From positions 1 through 11,172 of IMG/VR virus record IMGVR_UViG_2778261217_000001: a stretch of 11,172 nt of DNA. The stretch is one strand, 5' to 3'. This stretch comes from a virus. Its lineage: Duplodnaviria; Heunggongvirae; Uroviricota; Caudoviricetes. Shown piece by piece: positions 1 to 6,726 of the stretch. The notes beneath the pieces were generated by a model. That model was not told the origin of the DNA. It saw only the letters and a list, made by a program, of their open reading frames with translations, and made no database searches. The translations under genes were made by a program, and so were the position numbers. Numbering within the stretch: the stretch's first letter is position 1; each line of letters opens with the position of its first letter.

Positions 1-1260
1 ATGAAGCTCAACGCCAGACAGGTCGAGACCGCAAAGCCAAAAGATAAAACCTACAAAATGGCCGATGGCGGCGGTTTATATCTTGAGGTTTCTGCAAAGG
101 GTTCTAAATACTGGCGCATGAAATACAGACGCCCCTCTGACAAAAAAGAGGATCGCCTCGCTTTTGGTGTTTGGCCTACCGTGACGCTTGCTCAGGCAAG
201 GGCAAAGCGTGATGAAGCTAAAAAGCTGTTAGTGCAGGGCATCGACCCAAAAGCCGAACAGAAAGAAGCTCAGGCCGTGAACTCGGGGGCATACACTTTC
301 GAAACTATCGCTCGTGAATGGCACGCCAGTAACAAGCGCTGGAGTGAAGACCATCGATCACGCGTTCTACGCTATCTTGAGCTTTATATTTTCCCCCATA
401 TCGGTTCGTCCGACATTCGGCAGCTTAAAACCAGCCACCTGTTAGCCCCGATTAAAAAAGTTGATGCCAGCGGCAAACACGATGTCGCTCAGCGCCTGCA
501 ACAGCGCGTCACGGCCATTATGCGTTATGCCGTACAGAATGATTACATCGACTCAAATCCAGCCAGCGATATGGCCGGTGCGCTATCGACAACCAAAGCG
601 CGACATTACCCGGCTTTACCTTCCAGCCGGTTCCCTGAGTTTCTTGCACATCTAGCTGCATATCGTGGCCGTGTAATGACACGGATCGCGGTCGAGCTTT
701 CCTTGCTAACTTTTGTGCGCTCCAGTGAGTTACGTTTCGCGCGTTGGGATGAATTCGACTTCGATAAATCTCTTTGGCGTATACCTGCAAAACGAGAAGA
801 AATTAAAGGCGTGCGTTATTCGTACCGAGGCATGAAGATGAAAGAGGAACATATCGTTCCGCTTAGTCGGCAGGCGATGATTTTATTGAATCAGTTAAAG
901 CAGATTAGTGGTGATAAAGAGCTGCTTTTTCCGGGGGATCACGACGCAACTAAGGTTATGAGTGAAAACACCGTAAACAATGCATTGCGTGCCATGGGTT
1001 ATGATACGAAAACTGAGGTCTGTGGGCATGGTTTTAGGACGATGGCGCGTGGTGCTTTGGGTGAGTCAGGGTTATGGAGTGATGATGCGATTGAGCGCCA
1101 GTTAAGCCACTCAGAACGTAACAATGTTCGTGCGGCGTATATTCATACTTCTGAGCATTTGGAAGAGCGTCGGCTTATGATTCAGTGGTGGGCTGATTAT
1201 TTGCAAGAGTGTTATAAAGGGCCAATAACGCCATACGAATTTGCAAAGAAATCTCAGTAG
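1..1260 (+). CDS. int: P4-type tyrosine integrase (site-specific recombinase)
   Basis: 419-aa ORF. N-terminus AKPKDKTYKMADGGGLYLEVSAKGSKYWRMKYR is typical of P4/CP4-57-type integrases; C-terminal catalytic motifs HGFRTMARG (H-x-x-R) and a tyrosine in AAYIHTSEH. ORF starts at window base 1, so no upstream tRNA/att context is visible. Confidence 0.9.
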   Translation: MKLNARQVETAKPKDKTYKMADGGGLYLEVSAKGSKYWRMKYRRPSDKKEDRLAFGVWPTVTLAQARAKRDEAKKLLVQGIDPKAEQKEAQAVNSGAYTFETIAREWHASNKRWSEDHRSRVLRYLELYIFPHIGSSDIRQLKTSHLLAPIKKVDASGKHDVAQRLQQRVTAIMRYAVQNDYIDSNPASDMAGALSTTKARHYPALPSSRFPEFLAHLAAYRGRVMTRIAVELSLLTFVRSSELRFARWDEFDFDKSLWRIPAKREEIKGVRYSYRGMKMKEEHIVPLSRQAMILLNQLKQISGDKELLFPGDHDATKVMSENTVNNALRAMGYDTKTEVCGHGFRTMARGALGESGLWSDDAIERQLSHSERNNVRAAYIHTSEHLEERRLMIQWWADYLQECYKGPITPYEFAKKSQ

Positions 1261-1280
1261 AAAACATAAAATCTATTAGT

Positions 1281-1296
1281 TGTGATAGATATCACT
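1281..1296. promoter_or_regulatory. CRP-like palindrome TGTGA-N6-TCACT upstream of the cargo operon (alternatively a weak int terminator stem)
   Basis: tgtgatagatatcact matches the CRP half-sites TGTGA / TCACA at 9 of 10 positions; perfect 6-bp inverted repeat gtgata/tatcac (1282..1287, 1290..1295); followed by a T-rich tract. Confidence 0.25.
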
Positions 1297-1406
1297 TTGT
1301 TTTTATTGAAATATAACGAGGTTTATGCATCATAGGGCATAGTGCAAGTATATAAATAGATAACAAGCTAATAATTTTTCAAGATAATTATATTAAGAGG
1401 TGTTTA

Positions 1407-1577
1407 ATGGAAGTTAACGTGGTCACCATTGTTTTGGGGGTGTGTTTGTTTGCTGCTATCGTTGCCGTGCCTGTATGGAAAATAAGCGCAAGATTTTTCT
1501 TCAAAGGAGGAGTAAAAAATAAACTCAAAAATGTTTCAATTAATGGCGATTATACTGGTCGAGATAAGAAAAATTAA
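1407..1577 (+). CDS. Small predicted membrane protein, 56 aa (not in ORF track)
   Basis: ATG at 1407 preceded by AAGAGG (1395..1400, 6-nt spacer). Translation MEVNVVTIVLGVCLFAAIVAVPVWKISARFFFKGGVKNKLKNVSINGDYTGRDKKN has one hydrophobic helix; ends in tandem stops TAA TAA. C-terminal 20 aa repeat the N-terminus of the next gene. Confidence 0.4.
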   Translation: MEVNVVTIVLGVCLFAAIVAVPVWKISARFFFKGGVKNKLKNVSINGDYTGRDKKN

Positions 1578-1652
1578 TAAGGCCATTGTATGGGTATTTT
1601 TAATAGGCTGAAAAATGTTTTTGTAAATGGTGATTATGTTGGAAGGGATAAA
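1509..1652 (+). repeat. In-frame imperfect tandem duplication (copies 1509..1568 and 1593..1652, offset 84 bp) spanning the end of the mini-ORF and the start of the 180-aa gene
   Basis: Peptide GVKNKLKNVSINGDYTGRDK versus GIFNRLKNVFVNGDYVGRDK (14/20 identical); the DNA copies align over about 46 bp at roughly 75% identity. Confidence 0.55.
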
Positions 1653-2132
1653 ATTGTCTATAATACAGAACCCACTCAGCTAATGCTATTGCAAGAGGAG
1701 TATCAGGAAGAGTTTAAAAATAGGCAAATTTGCACAGAAATGATTGATGAACTGAATCATTATAATACCAAAAAAAGTAAAGTGCGTGATTTGGAAGTTA
1801 AACTTAATGCTGCTGGGTACTCTTCCTTTCTTGACGAAGCTCGCGAGTTAAAAGAGTTGGTTTCGAAATTAATTATACAATATCAGCATTATCGCTCAGC
1901 ACAGAAAATAATCGCTTTTTTATTGTCAGACGTTCATTCAATTTTTCAATACAGAATAAAACCTCATATAGTAAATAAACAACAAGAGGCACAGATCCTT
2001 GAATTAATATATTTATATATAGAGTGTGAACTGAGTAGAAAGTTAGGTATAAATGCCTTGGAGATATATAATAGACAATTGCGTGGTATGGTTTTCTTCC
2101 TTACAGGAAACTGTCATTTGGAGTGGGAATAA
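1590..2132 (+). CDS. Hypothetical protein, 180 aa (cargo operon gene A; no recognisable motif)
   Basis: ORF in AT-rich island, same strand as and immediately after the mini-ORF; stop TAA overlaps the next start as TAATG (2130..2134). Confidence 0.6.
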   Translation: MGIFNRLKNVFVNGDYVGRDKIVYNTEPTQLMLLQEEYQEEFKNRQICTEMIDELNHYNTKKSKVRDLEVKLNAAGYSSFLDEARELKELVSKLIIQYQHYRSAQKIIAFLLSDVHSIFQYRIKPHIVNKQQEAQILELIYLYIECELSRKLGINALEIYNRQLRGMVFFLTGNCHLEWE

Positions 2133-2629
2133 TGTTATTATATAACAAGGCATTTGATATCAATCATACTATTCTAAGAATGTCTTCATGGCTGCTAAAT
2201 AGCTCTGAGCCGTTAATAAGTCTTGAGGGTATAAGAATATTTGACTTCTTAATAGCATTTCCTGAGTACATATCCAAGTTATCACTAGGGAAAGAATTAG
2301 TGAAGGAAAGAAATAAGTTCAAAAGGTTTTCTAACCCTTATAATGCTTTTGATCCTCAATCCTTGTTTCAGCAAATGGAAGGGGTGCAAAAATCTGCAAT
2401 TTGTTCTTTAGTAACAGCATCAGTTTTAGTAGAAATTAATAATGAATTATATGAAATAAAAAAAGATAAGTTATATGCGATTGGATTTACCAAAACCAAT
2501 CTTTTTGATAGCATAAACGAAGATGTGATCTCATTTATCAGTAACAATCTTGAGACATTACCTGTAACGGGAATAACTGGACTTAAGGCCGCTAGCAAAT
2601 TAATGAGTTTTAAATATGATCGTATATAA
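2132..2629 (+). CDS. Hypothetical protein, 165 aa (cargo operon gene B; ORF track starts it at GTG 2123)
   Basis: ATG at 2132 overlaps the upstream stop (TAATG); purine-rich ggagtggg at 2120..2127; 3' end overlaps the ATPase gene start by 14 nt. Confidence 0.6.
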   Translation: MLLYNKAFDINHTILRMSSWLLNSSEPLISLEGIRIFDFLIAFPEYISKLSLGKELVKERNKFKRFSNPYNAFDPQSLFQQMEGVQKSAICSLVTASVLVEINNELYEIKKDKLYAIGFTKTNLFDSINEDVISFISNNLETLPVTGITGLKAASKLMSFKYDRI

Positions 2630-4529
2630 TCCCACATTGAATATTAAAAAACTTTACGCATTCAAGGATGGTAAAGAGGTCATACACTTGAAGTTTCATA
2701 ATGGGCTGAATGTCATATATGGCTCGAACGGAAGCGGAAAAACCTCGGCAATTCAGTTACTCGCGTATGTTCTTGGTTCTACGATCTATAATTGGAAAGA
2801 AGAAGCAGGGAGTTGTGATTACGTTATAGCTGAAATTTACGCAAATGAGTCTACTATAACCATTCGTCGTGAGATAAGTGACACAATGGCAGGTATGAGC
2901 ATTTTTTTTGGTACATATGAAGAAAGTATCAAAGCAGGGAAAACTGGATGGTTTAGCTACCCCTACGCAATTTCTACTAACAAGGAAAGTTTTTCACAAC
3001 GTATCTTTGAAATCTTAAACATACCTGAGGCTAAATCTGACGGGATTAATAATCTTACTTTACATCAAATCCTAAGGCTGGTGTATAACAACCAATCTGA
3101 TTCTGCAACAAGTATATTTAACGACGAGAAGTTTGATTCCGCAATAAAACGAGAGTTTGTAAGTAATTATTTGCTCGGTTTGTATGATGATGATCTTTAT
3201 AATAATAAATTAGAGTATATTAAAAAAGAAAAAGAGCTAACAAAAACAATAGCTGAGTTAAAGGGTTTACTATTATTAATAGATGGTCAAGATCTTGATT
3301 TTAAATCTGATAATTTAGATAGCTTATCTGAACAATTACAGGGAAAGATCGATTCTATAATTGAAGAAATTGAAAAGTATAAAGAGTTAGATACACGGAT
3401 AAAATTTAGTAATGAAGTTAAGGCAATTAGTGCAGAACAATTAGTGAAGGATAAGAACAAGCTTATTGCCTTGGAGGTTGAATTAAGTCAAATACAATAT
3501 AATATTGTTGATTCAACCAAATTTATTGAAGAATTACAAAATAAATTACTTGCTATTAATGATTCAATTAAATTTAATAGTTCATTCAAGTTTAAAGAGT
3601 TCGATACCTGCCCATCATGTTTTACTAAGTTGCCAACTGCTCATGATGATAGTAAATGCTCTCTATGTGGTACAGAAGACCCGGATTCGGCAAAGCAAAT
3701 TAATTATGCTAGAATGAAAAATGAAATAATGATTCAAATCAACGAGTCACAAAATCTTTTGGAAAGGAATAAAATAAAGAGTGGTGAGATCTCAAAGCAA
3801 ATAAAATGCTTAAAAAGTGGAATGCGGAAAGAAGTTAACAAAGTTTCGGTTGTTAGTTCATCTTTGAATTCCCATGATGATAGCTTACTTTATAGTAAAT
3901 ATAAAGAGATTGGAGAGCTTGAAGAAAGACTAGATACTTTAGGTCGTATGGAGTCCGTTTATTCAAAAATTAAAACACTTCAGACTCTCCGCGATAGCTT
4001 ACAAGCCAGAGTTACATTTTTACAAGAAAACATTAGTAAAAAAGAACATGATCTTCAGTTAAAAATGCCAGCACTGAAAGAGAAAGTCAGTGAATATATG
4101 GAAGAAGTTTTAACTAAAGATGTCGAAAATATTGATGATCCTCATGATAAAGCTGAATTTAGTAACATAACTAGCATCGACTTTGATCTGGCTTCAAATA
4201 GGATTGTTGTCAATAATAAAGTCTCATTCTCTGAGAGCTCAATGTACTATCTTAATAATGCCCTGCATATAGCATTGCTAAAATTAAGTTTGGTTGATCC
4301 TAATGTAAGATTTCCACGTCTTTTAATTCTGGACGGTATAGAAAATGGTGGCATGGAAGATGCTCGCTCACAGGGTATCCAAAAAACTTTAAAAGAAATT
4401 TCTGATGAGTTTTGCGGGGTTCGGCATCAGATTATTATTACAACTAAAGGAATATACCATGCCGTTGATAATGATAAATATCGAGTTGGAGAAAAATTTA
4501 CTTCATCAAATCGTAGTTTAAATATGTGA
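2616..4529 (+). CDS. SMC/Rad50-like ABC ATPase, 637 aa (Walker A head, long coiled-coil, C-terminal Walker B-like segment)
   Basis: N-terminal LNVIYGSNGSGKTSAIQLLAYVLG (Walker A GSNGSGKT, SMC_N-like); long K/E/L/I-rich heptad-like middle containing CPSC-N13-CSLC (about 3609..3666); C-terminal FSESSMYYLNNALHIALL followed by RLLILDGIENGGMED (hydrophobic run ending in D, Walker B/D-loop-like). Confidence 0.8.
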   Translation: MIVYNPTLNIKKLYAFKDGKEVIHLKFHNGLNVIYGSNGSGKTSAIQLLAYVLGSTIYNWKEEAGSCDYVIAEIYANESTITIRREISDTMAGMSIFFGTYEESIKAGKTGWFSYPYAISTNKESFSQRIFEILNIPEAKSDGINNLTLHQILRLVYNNQSDSATSIFNDEKFDSAIKREFVSNYLLGLYDDDLYNNKLEYIKKEKELTKTIAELKGLLLLIDGQDLDFKSDNLDSLSEQLQGKIDSIIEEIEKYKELDTRIKFSNEVKAISAEQLVKDKNKLIALEVELSQIQYNIVDSTKFIEELQNKLLAINDSIKFNSSFKFKEFDTCPSCFTKLPTAHDDSKCSLCGTEDPDSAKQINYARMKNEIMIQINESQNLLERNKIKSGEISKQIKCLKSGMRKEVNKVSVVSSSLNSHDDSLLYSKYKEIGELEERLDTLGRMESVYSKIKTLQTLRDSLQARVTFLQENISKKEHDLQLKMPALKEKVSEYMEEVLTKDVENIDDPHDKAEFSNITSIDFDLASNRIVVNNKVSFSESSMYYLNNALHIALLKLSLVDPNVRFPRLLILDGIENGGMEDARSQGIQKTLKEISDEFCGVRHQIIITTKGIYHAVDNDKYRVGEKFTSSNRSLNM

Positions 4530-4539
4530 TTTTGAACAG

Positions 4540-4566
4540 GTGCGGCTTTAGCTGCACTTGTCTTTT
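4540..4566 (+). terminator. Candidate intrinsic terminator after the ATPase gene
   Basis: 7-bp stem gtgcggc/gctgcac (one G-U pair), loop ttta, then T-rich ttgtcttttg, 11 nt after the stop codon. Confidence 0.45.
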
Positions 4567-4761
4567 GAATAATAATATATCGCAATTATTAATTCCGTGT
4601 AACTTTATTATTGTCTATGTTATTTATAGATGTTGGCGTTATATTATCGGTCGATAATGGATTTGAGCTATTTTAGGTTAGTTAAAGTTGTTTTAAAAAT
4701 TCGATAAAGAAAATAATTTGATACTCACAAATCCTTTCTTAGCATACTTAAAGTACCTCTT

Positions 4762-4795
4762 ACGCGCGCAGCCCCGCCCGCCTGCCCGCTTCGCT
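4762..4795. other. GC-rich cos-like element (candidate packaging/cohesive-end site)
   Basis: acgcgcgcagccccgcccgcctgcccgcttcgc is an abrupt GC-rich block at the AT-rich island boundary; its reverse complement ggcgggcggggctgcgc resembles the P2/P4 cos end GGCGAGGCGGGGAAAGCAC as I recall it (partial match only). Confidence 0.25.
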
Positions 4796-4865
4796 TAACA
4801 GACTGGTTTTCATGCACCCCGTAAACCGTCTCAGAAGCCACCACACAAGGGCTTTCGCGTCAAAA

Positions 4866-4900
4866 ATGGCGCATGAGACTCATGCGTTTTCATGCGCCAT
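4866..4900. terminator. Nested palindrome / candidate bidirectional terminator or operator between convergent operons
   Basis: atggcgcatga (4866..4876) and tcatgcgccat (4890..4900) are perfect reverse complements; inner gcatgag-a-ctcatgc palindrome; A-run on the left and tttt inside. Confidence 0.35.
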
Positions 4901-4944
4901 AGATATGCACTCATACGCTCTCAGGCCAGCCAGGGAAAAGGCGT

Positions 4945-4969
4945 AAAAAATCCCGGTACTGGACCGGGA
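4945..4969 (-). terminator. Candidate intrinsic terminator of the sid-psu-delta operon
   Basis: Stem tcccggt/accggga (4951..4957, 4963..4969) with loop actgg; on the minus strand it is followed by TTTTTT (plus-strand aaaaaa 4945..4950); lies 23 nt past the delta stop. Confidence 0.45.
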
Positions 4970-4991
4970 CTTCGTGGTCGTATTTTGCTAA

Positions 4992-5264
4992 TCAGACAGG
5001 AATTTGCTGACGGTTTGACAGCTTTGACGCGGAGCCATAGCGATTGAGTGTTTGCTGTTGTTTTTCCGGTATTTTTGCTTTGTCTGATTCCTGTTCATTG
5101 CACTGAGGCTTCATAATGATCGTATCCACGCTTTCCAGTGCGGTAAATGTGCAGGAACATTCCAGATTCTGGCACTGATACCATGAGCGTTTAACCGACG
5201 GAGCTTCATAGGCGCTGGTTCTGGCGTGAGCGACCGCGCCACATTCAGGACACTTCAGGGCCAT
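4992..5264 (-). CDS. delta: Ogr/Delta-family zinc-finger late transcription activator, 90 aa (start moved to internal ATG)
   Basis: MALKCPECGAVAHARTSAYEAPSVKRSWYQCQNLECSCTFTALESVD carries the Ogr/Delta C-x2-C ... C-x4-C pattern. ATG at 5264..5262 is preceded by AAGGAG and sits 1 nt after the psu stop; the ORF-track start at 5366 would overlap psu by about 100 nt. Confidence 0.85.
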   Translation of the reverse strand: MALKCPECGAVAHARTSAYEAPSVKRSWYQCQNLECSCTFTALESVDTIIMKPQCNEQESDKAKIPEKQQQTLNRYGSASKLSNRQQIPV

Positions 5265-5265
5265 A

Positions 5266-5820
5266 TCAGCACACTCCTTTTTCATTAAGTCGGTTAAGGC
5301 GGGCCAGGAAAACTTTATGTTGTGCCGGGGTGAAACTGGCTGAAGCATCAGCGCGCATTGATGCATCCACCGTTAATCCGGTTTCGTCGATAATGCTCTT
5401 ATATGCTGCTGAAATTACCGGAGTACGGACTTCCGTTTGTCGGGCTACAGCGGTTCGTAATATTTTCATTGCCGCCTCAAGCCCGTATGGTGCACAAAGA
5501 AAAGGAGCCAGAGCGTCAGTGAGTGCATCACCATGCTCGCTCATGAAGTTTTCAGTTGCGCTTGTAACACAGCTTTCCAGCACAATCTGGTGAGCATAAA
5601 GACCATCCCGGGCGGCACAGTTAATCTGCCATTCGAGGAGTGCAAGACGCTCACGAAGATCCTCAAGTTGGCTGGCATATGCTGCGGGTTTTTCTTCAGT
5701 ATCCAGCAAAGCAGCCAGACGAAGCTGGCTGGTACTTTGCACATTACGTAGTGTCAGCCAGCTTTTTATTGCCGCGCGGTAATCGTTGAGAGCTTCCTGA
5801 GTAATGGTTCCGGTATTCAT
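5266..5820 (-). CDS. psu: Psu-like polarity suppression protein, 184 aa
   Basis: Size and motifs (EHGDALTDALAPFL, FTPAQHKVF) match my recollection of P4 Psu (about 190 aa); start ATG overlaps the sid stop (ATGA, 5817..5820). Confidence 0.75.
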   Translation of the reverse strand: MNTGTITQEALNDYRAAIKSWLTLRNVQSTSQLRLAALLDTEEKPAAYASQLEDLRERLALLEWQINCAARDGLYAHQIVLESCVTSATENFMSEHGDALTDALAPFLCAPYGLEAAMKILRTAVARQTEVRTPVISAAYKSIIDETGLTVDASMRADASASFTPAQHKVFLARLNRLNEKGVC

Positions 5821-6569
5821 TCCTTCTCGCCCCCTTTAGCCATGTCACGCTGTTTAAGCATCCGGGAACGTGCTGCAGGGCTGGGTGATTGTCTGGCATC
5901 CTGTATGGCTTTATCGTCCGCATAAATGCTGATCCCCGGCAGGGCAATATCATCCGTTGAAGATACGTTACAGAACAGTGCCGGAGTGGTGAGTTGCTCG
6001 CTGATAAATTGCTTCAGCACACTTTCGGGGTCGTTTACGGTATGAACTACACCGATAACAGAAGATGCGCTTCGGCCCAGAGTCATTTTCAGCAGTCCAA
6101 GGATCTGAATAAGTTTCTGGCCGTGTTCCTTCATAAACTCATTCCAGAGCCACACTGCATGAGTTTCAATCAGGTGATTATGTTCGCTGATGTAGCGGTT
6201 TGCAGCATCCGCAGTTTTCCATGGCAGGAATTCATTTTCTGCAGCCTGAGCAGCCAGCAAATCTTCGAACTCATCCAGTGTTTCGCGTCCGAGGGCGATT
6301 TCTGCCCGCAGTTTTTTCATTCGTGGCGTCATATTCCCCTGATTCTCACGAAACAGGTTTCGCCATTCATCATTAAGCGCCTGCGTCTCCGTTTTTGTAT
6401 CTTCCTGACGTTTACGGATAGTTTCAGTCATTGCAGCGGCTTCGGTTTGTTTTCGCCGTTCTTCCTGCCAGACAGCTTTTGCTGCCTTAACTTTTTCCAC
6501 CGCTTCGCGAATTTTCGGCGGGAGGGTGGGGGTAATGTTTGCATCAGAGATCTGGTTAACAGTTGTCAT
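5817..6569 (-). CDS. sid: Sid-like capsid size determination protein, 250 aa from ATG 6569 (ORF track starts it at TTG 6602)
   Basis: E/K/A/Q-rich helical protein at the head of the operon, coupled to psu; ATG at 6569 has GGAG with a 5-nt spacer, whereas 6602 is TTG without a Shine-Dalgarno. Assignment is by position and size; I do not recall a sequence motif for it. Confidence 0.5.
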   Translation of the reverse strand: MTTVNQISDANITPTLPPKIREAVEKVKAAKAVWQEERRKQTEAAAMTETIRKRQEDTKTETQALNDEWRNLFRENQGNMTPRMKKLRAEIALGRETLDEFEDLLAAQAAENEFLPWKTADAANRYISEHNHLIETHAVWLWNEFMKEHGQKLIQILGLLKMTLGRSASSVIGVVHTVNDPESVLKQFISEQLTTPALFCNVSSTDDIALPGISIYADDKAIQDARQSPSPAARSRMLKQRDMAKGGEKE

Positions 6570-6603
6570 GGCTGCTCCGGTAGTGTTTTGTTGTTGTGTC
6601 AAT

Positions 6604-6659
6604 TGTGCCGGGGTCCATACAAGCGCACTACCGAGGAGGATTGTGTCAGTGACTGAACA
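6604..6659 (-). promoter_or_regulatory. Two TGT-N12-ACA elements upstream of sid (candidate Delta/Ogr-responsive late promoter)
   Basis: tgtgccggggtccataca (6604..6621) and tgtgtcagtgactgaaca (6642..6659); TGT-N12-ACA is the consensus for Ogr/Delta-activated P2/P4 late promoters; the distal site centre is about 81 nt upstream of the sid ATG. Confidence 0.4.
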
Positions 6660-6726
6660 ATGACCTTGTTCTGGCTAGCCAGAGAAAGGTGTCATGTCTG
6701 ATCTATACGCTTCCTTTAATACATAC

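Noticed and set aside
461-790. ORFs 461..655 (+) and 518..790 (-) inside the integrase gene
   Set aside because: Alternative-frame and antisense ORFs within a well-supported integrase reading frame; no RBS and no recognisable protein features.
1282-1295. Palindrome gtgata-ga-tatcac as an intrinsic terminator of int
   Set aside because: The AT-rich 6-bp stem with a 2-nt loop is too weak to be a confident terminator; a protein-binding (CRP-like) site is the better reading, though termination is not excluded.
2368-2637. Minus-strand 89-aa ORF antisense to the 165-aa cargo gene
   Set aside because: Lies entirely within a plus-strand gene that belongs to a coupled operon; low-complexity AT-driven ORF.
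3505-3717. Plus-strand 70-aa ORF in an alternative frame inside the ATPase gene
   Set aside because: Internal out-of-frame ORF, typical of AT-rich sequence.
1407-4529. Calling the cargo a canonical Lamassu (LmuA/LmuB/LmuC) system
   Set aside because: Only the SMC-like ATPase is recognisable; no Cap4-type nuclease or other large effector domain is visible by eye, so the assignment is left as ABC-3C/Lamassu-like pending profile searches.
4992-5366. Extended 124-aa version of the Delta ORF starting at 5366
   Set aside because: It would overlap the psu 3' end by about 100 nt; the internal ATG at 5264 has AAGGAG and starts exactly at the zinc-finger domain.
5330-6656. ORFs 5330..5593, 5533..5751, 5541..5744, 5744..5953 and 5994..6656 overlapping psu and sid
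   Set aside because: The minus-strand frames are supported by Psu motifs and by coupling of the operon; these are shadow ORFs in GC-rich coding sequence.
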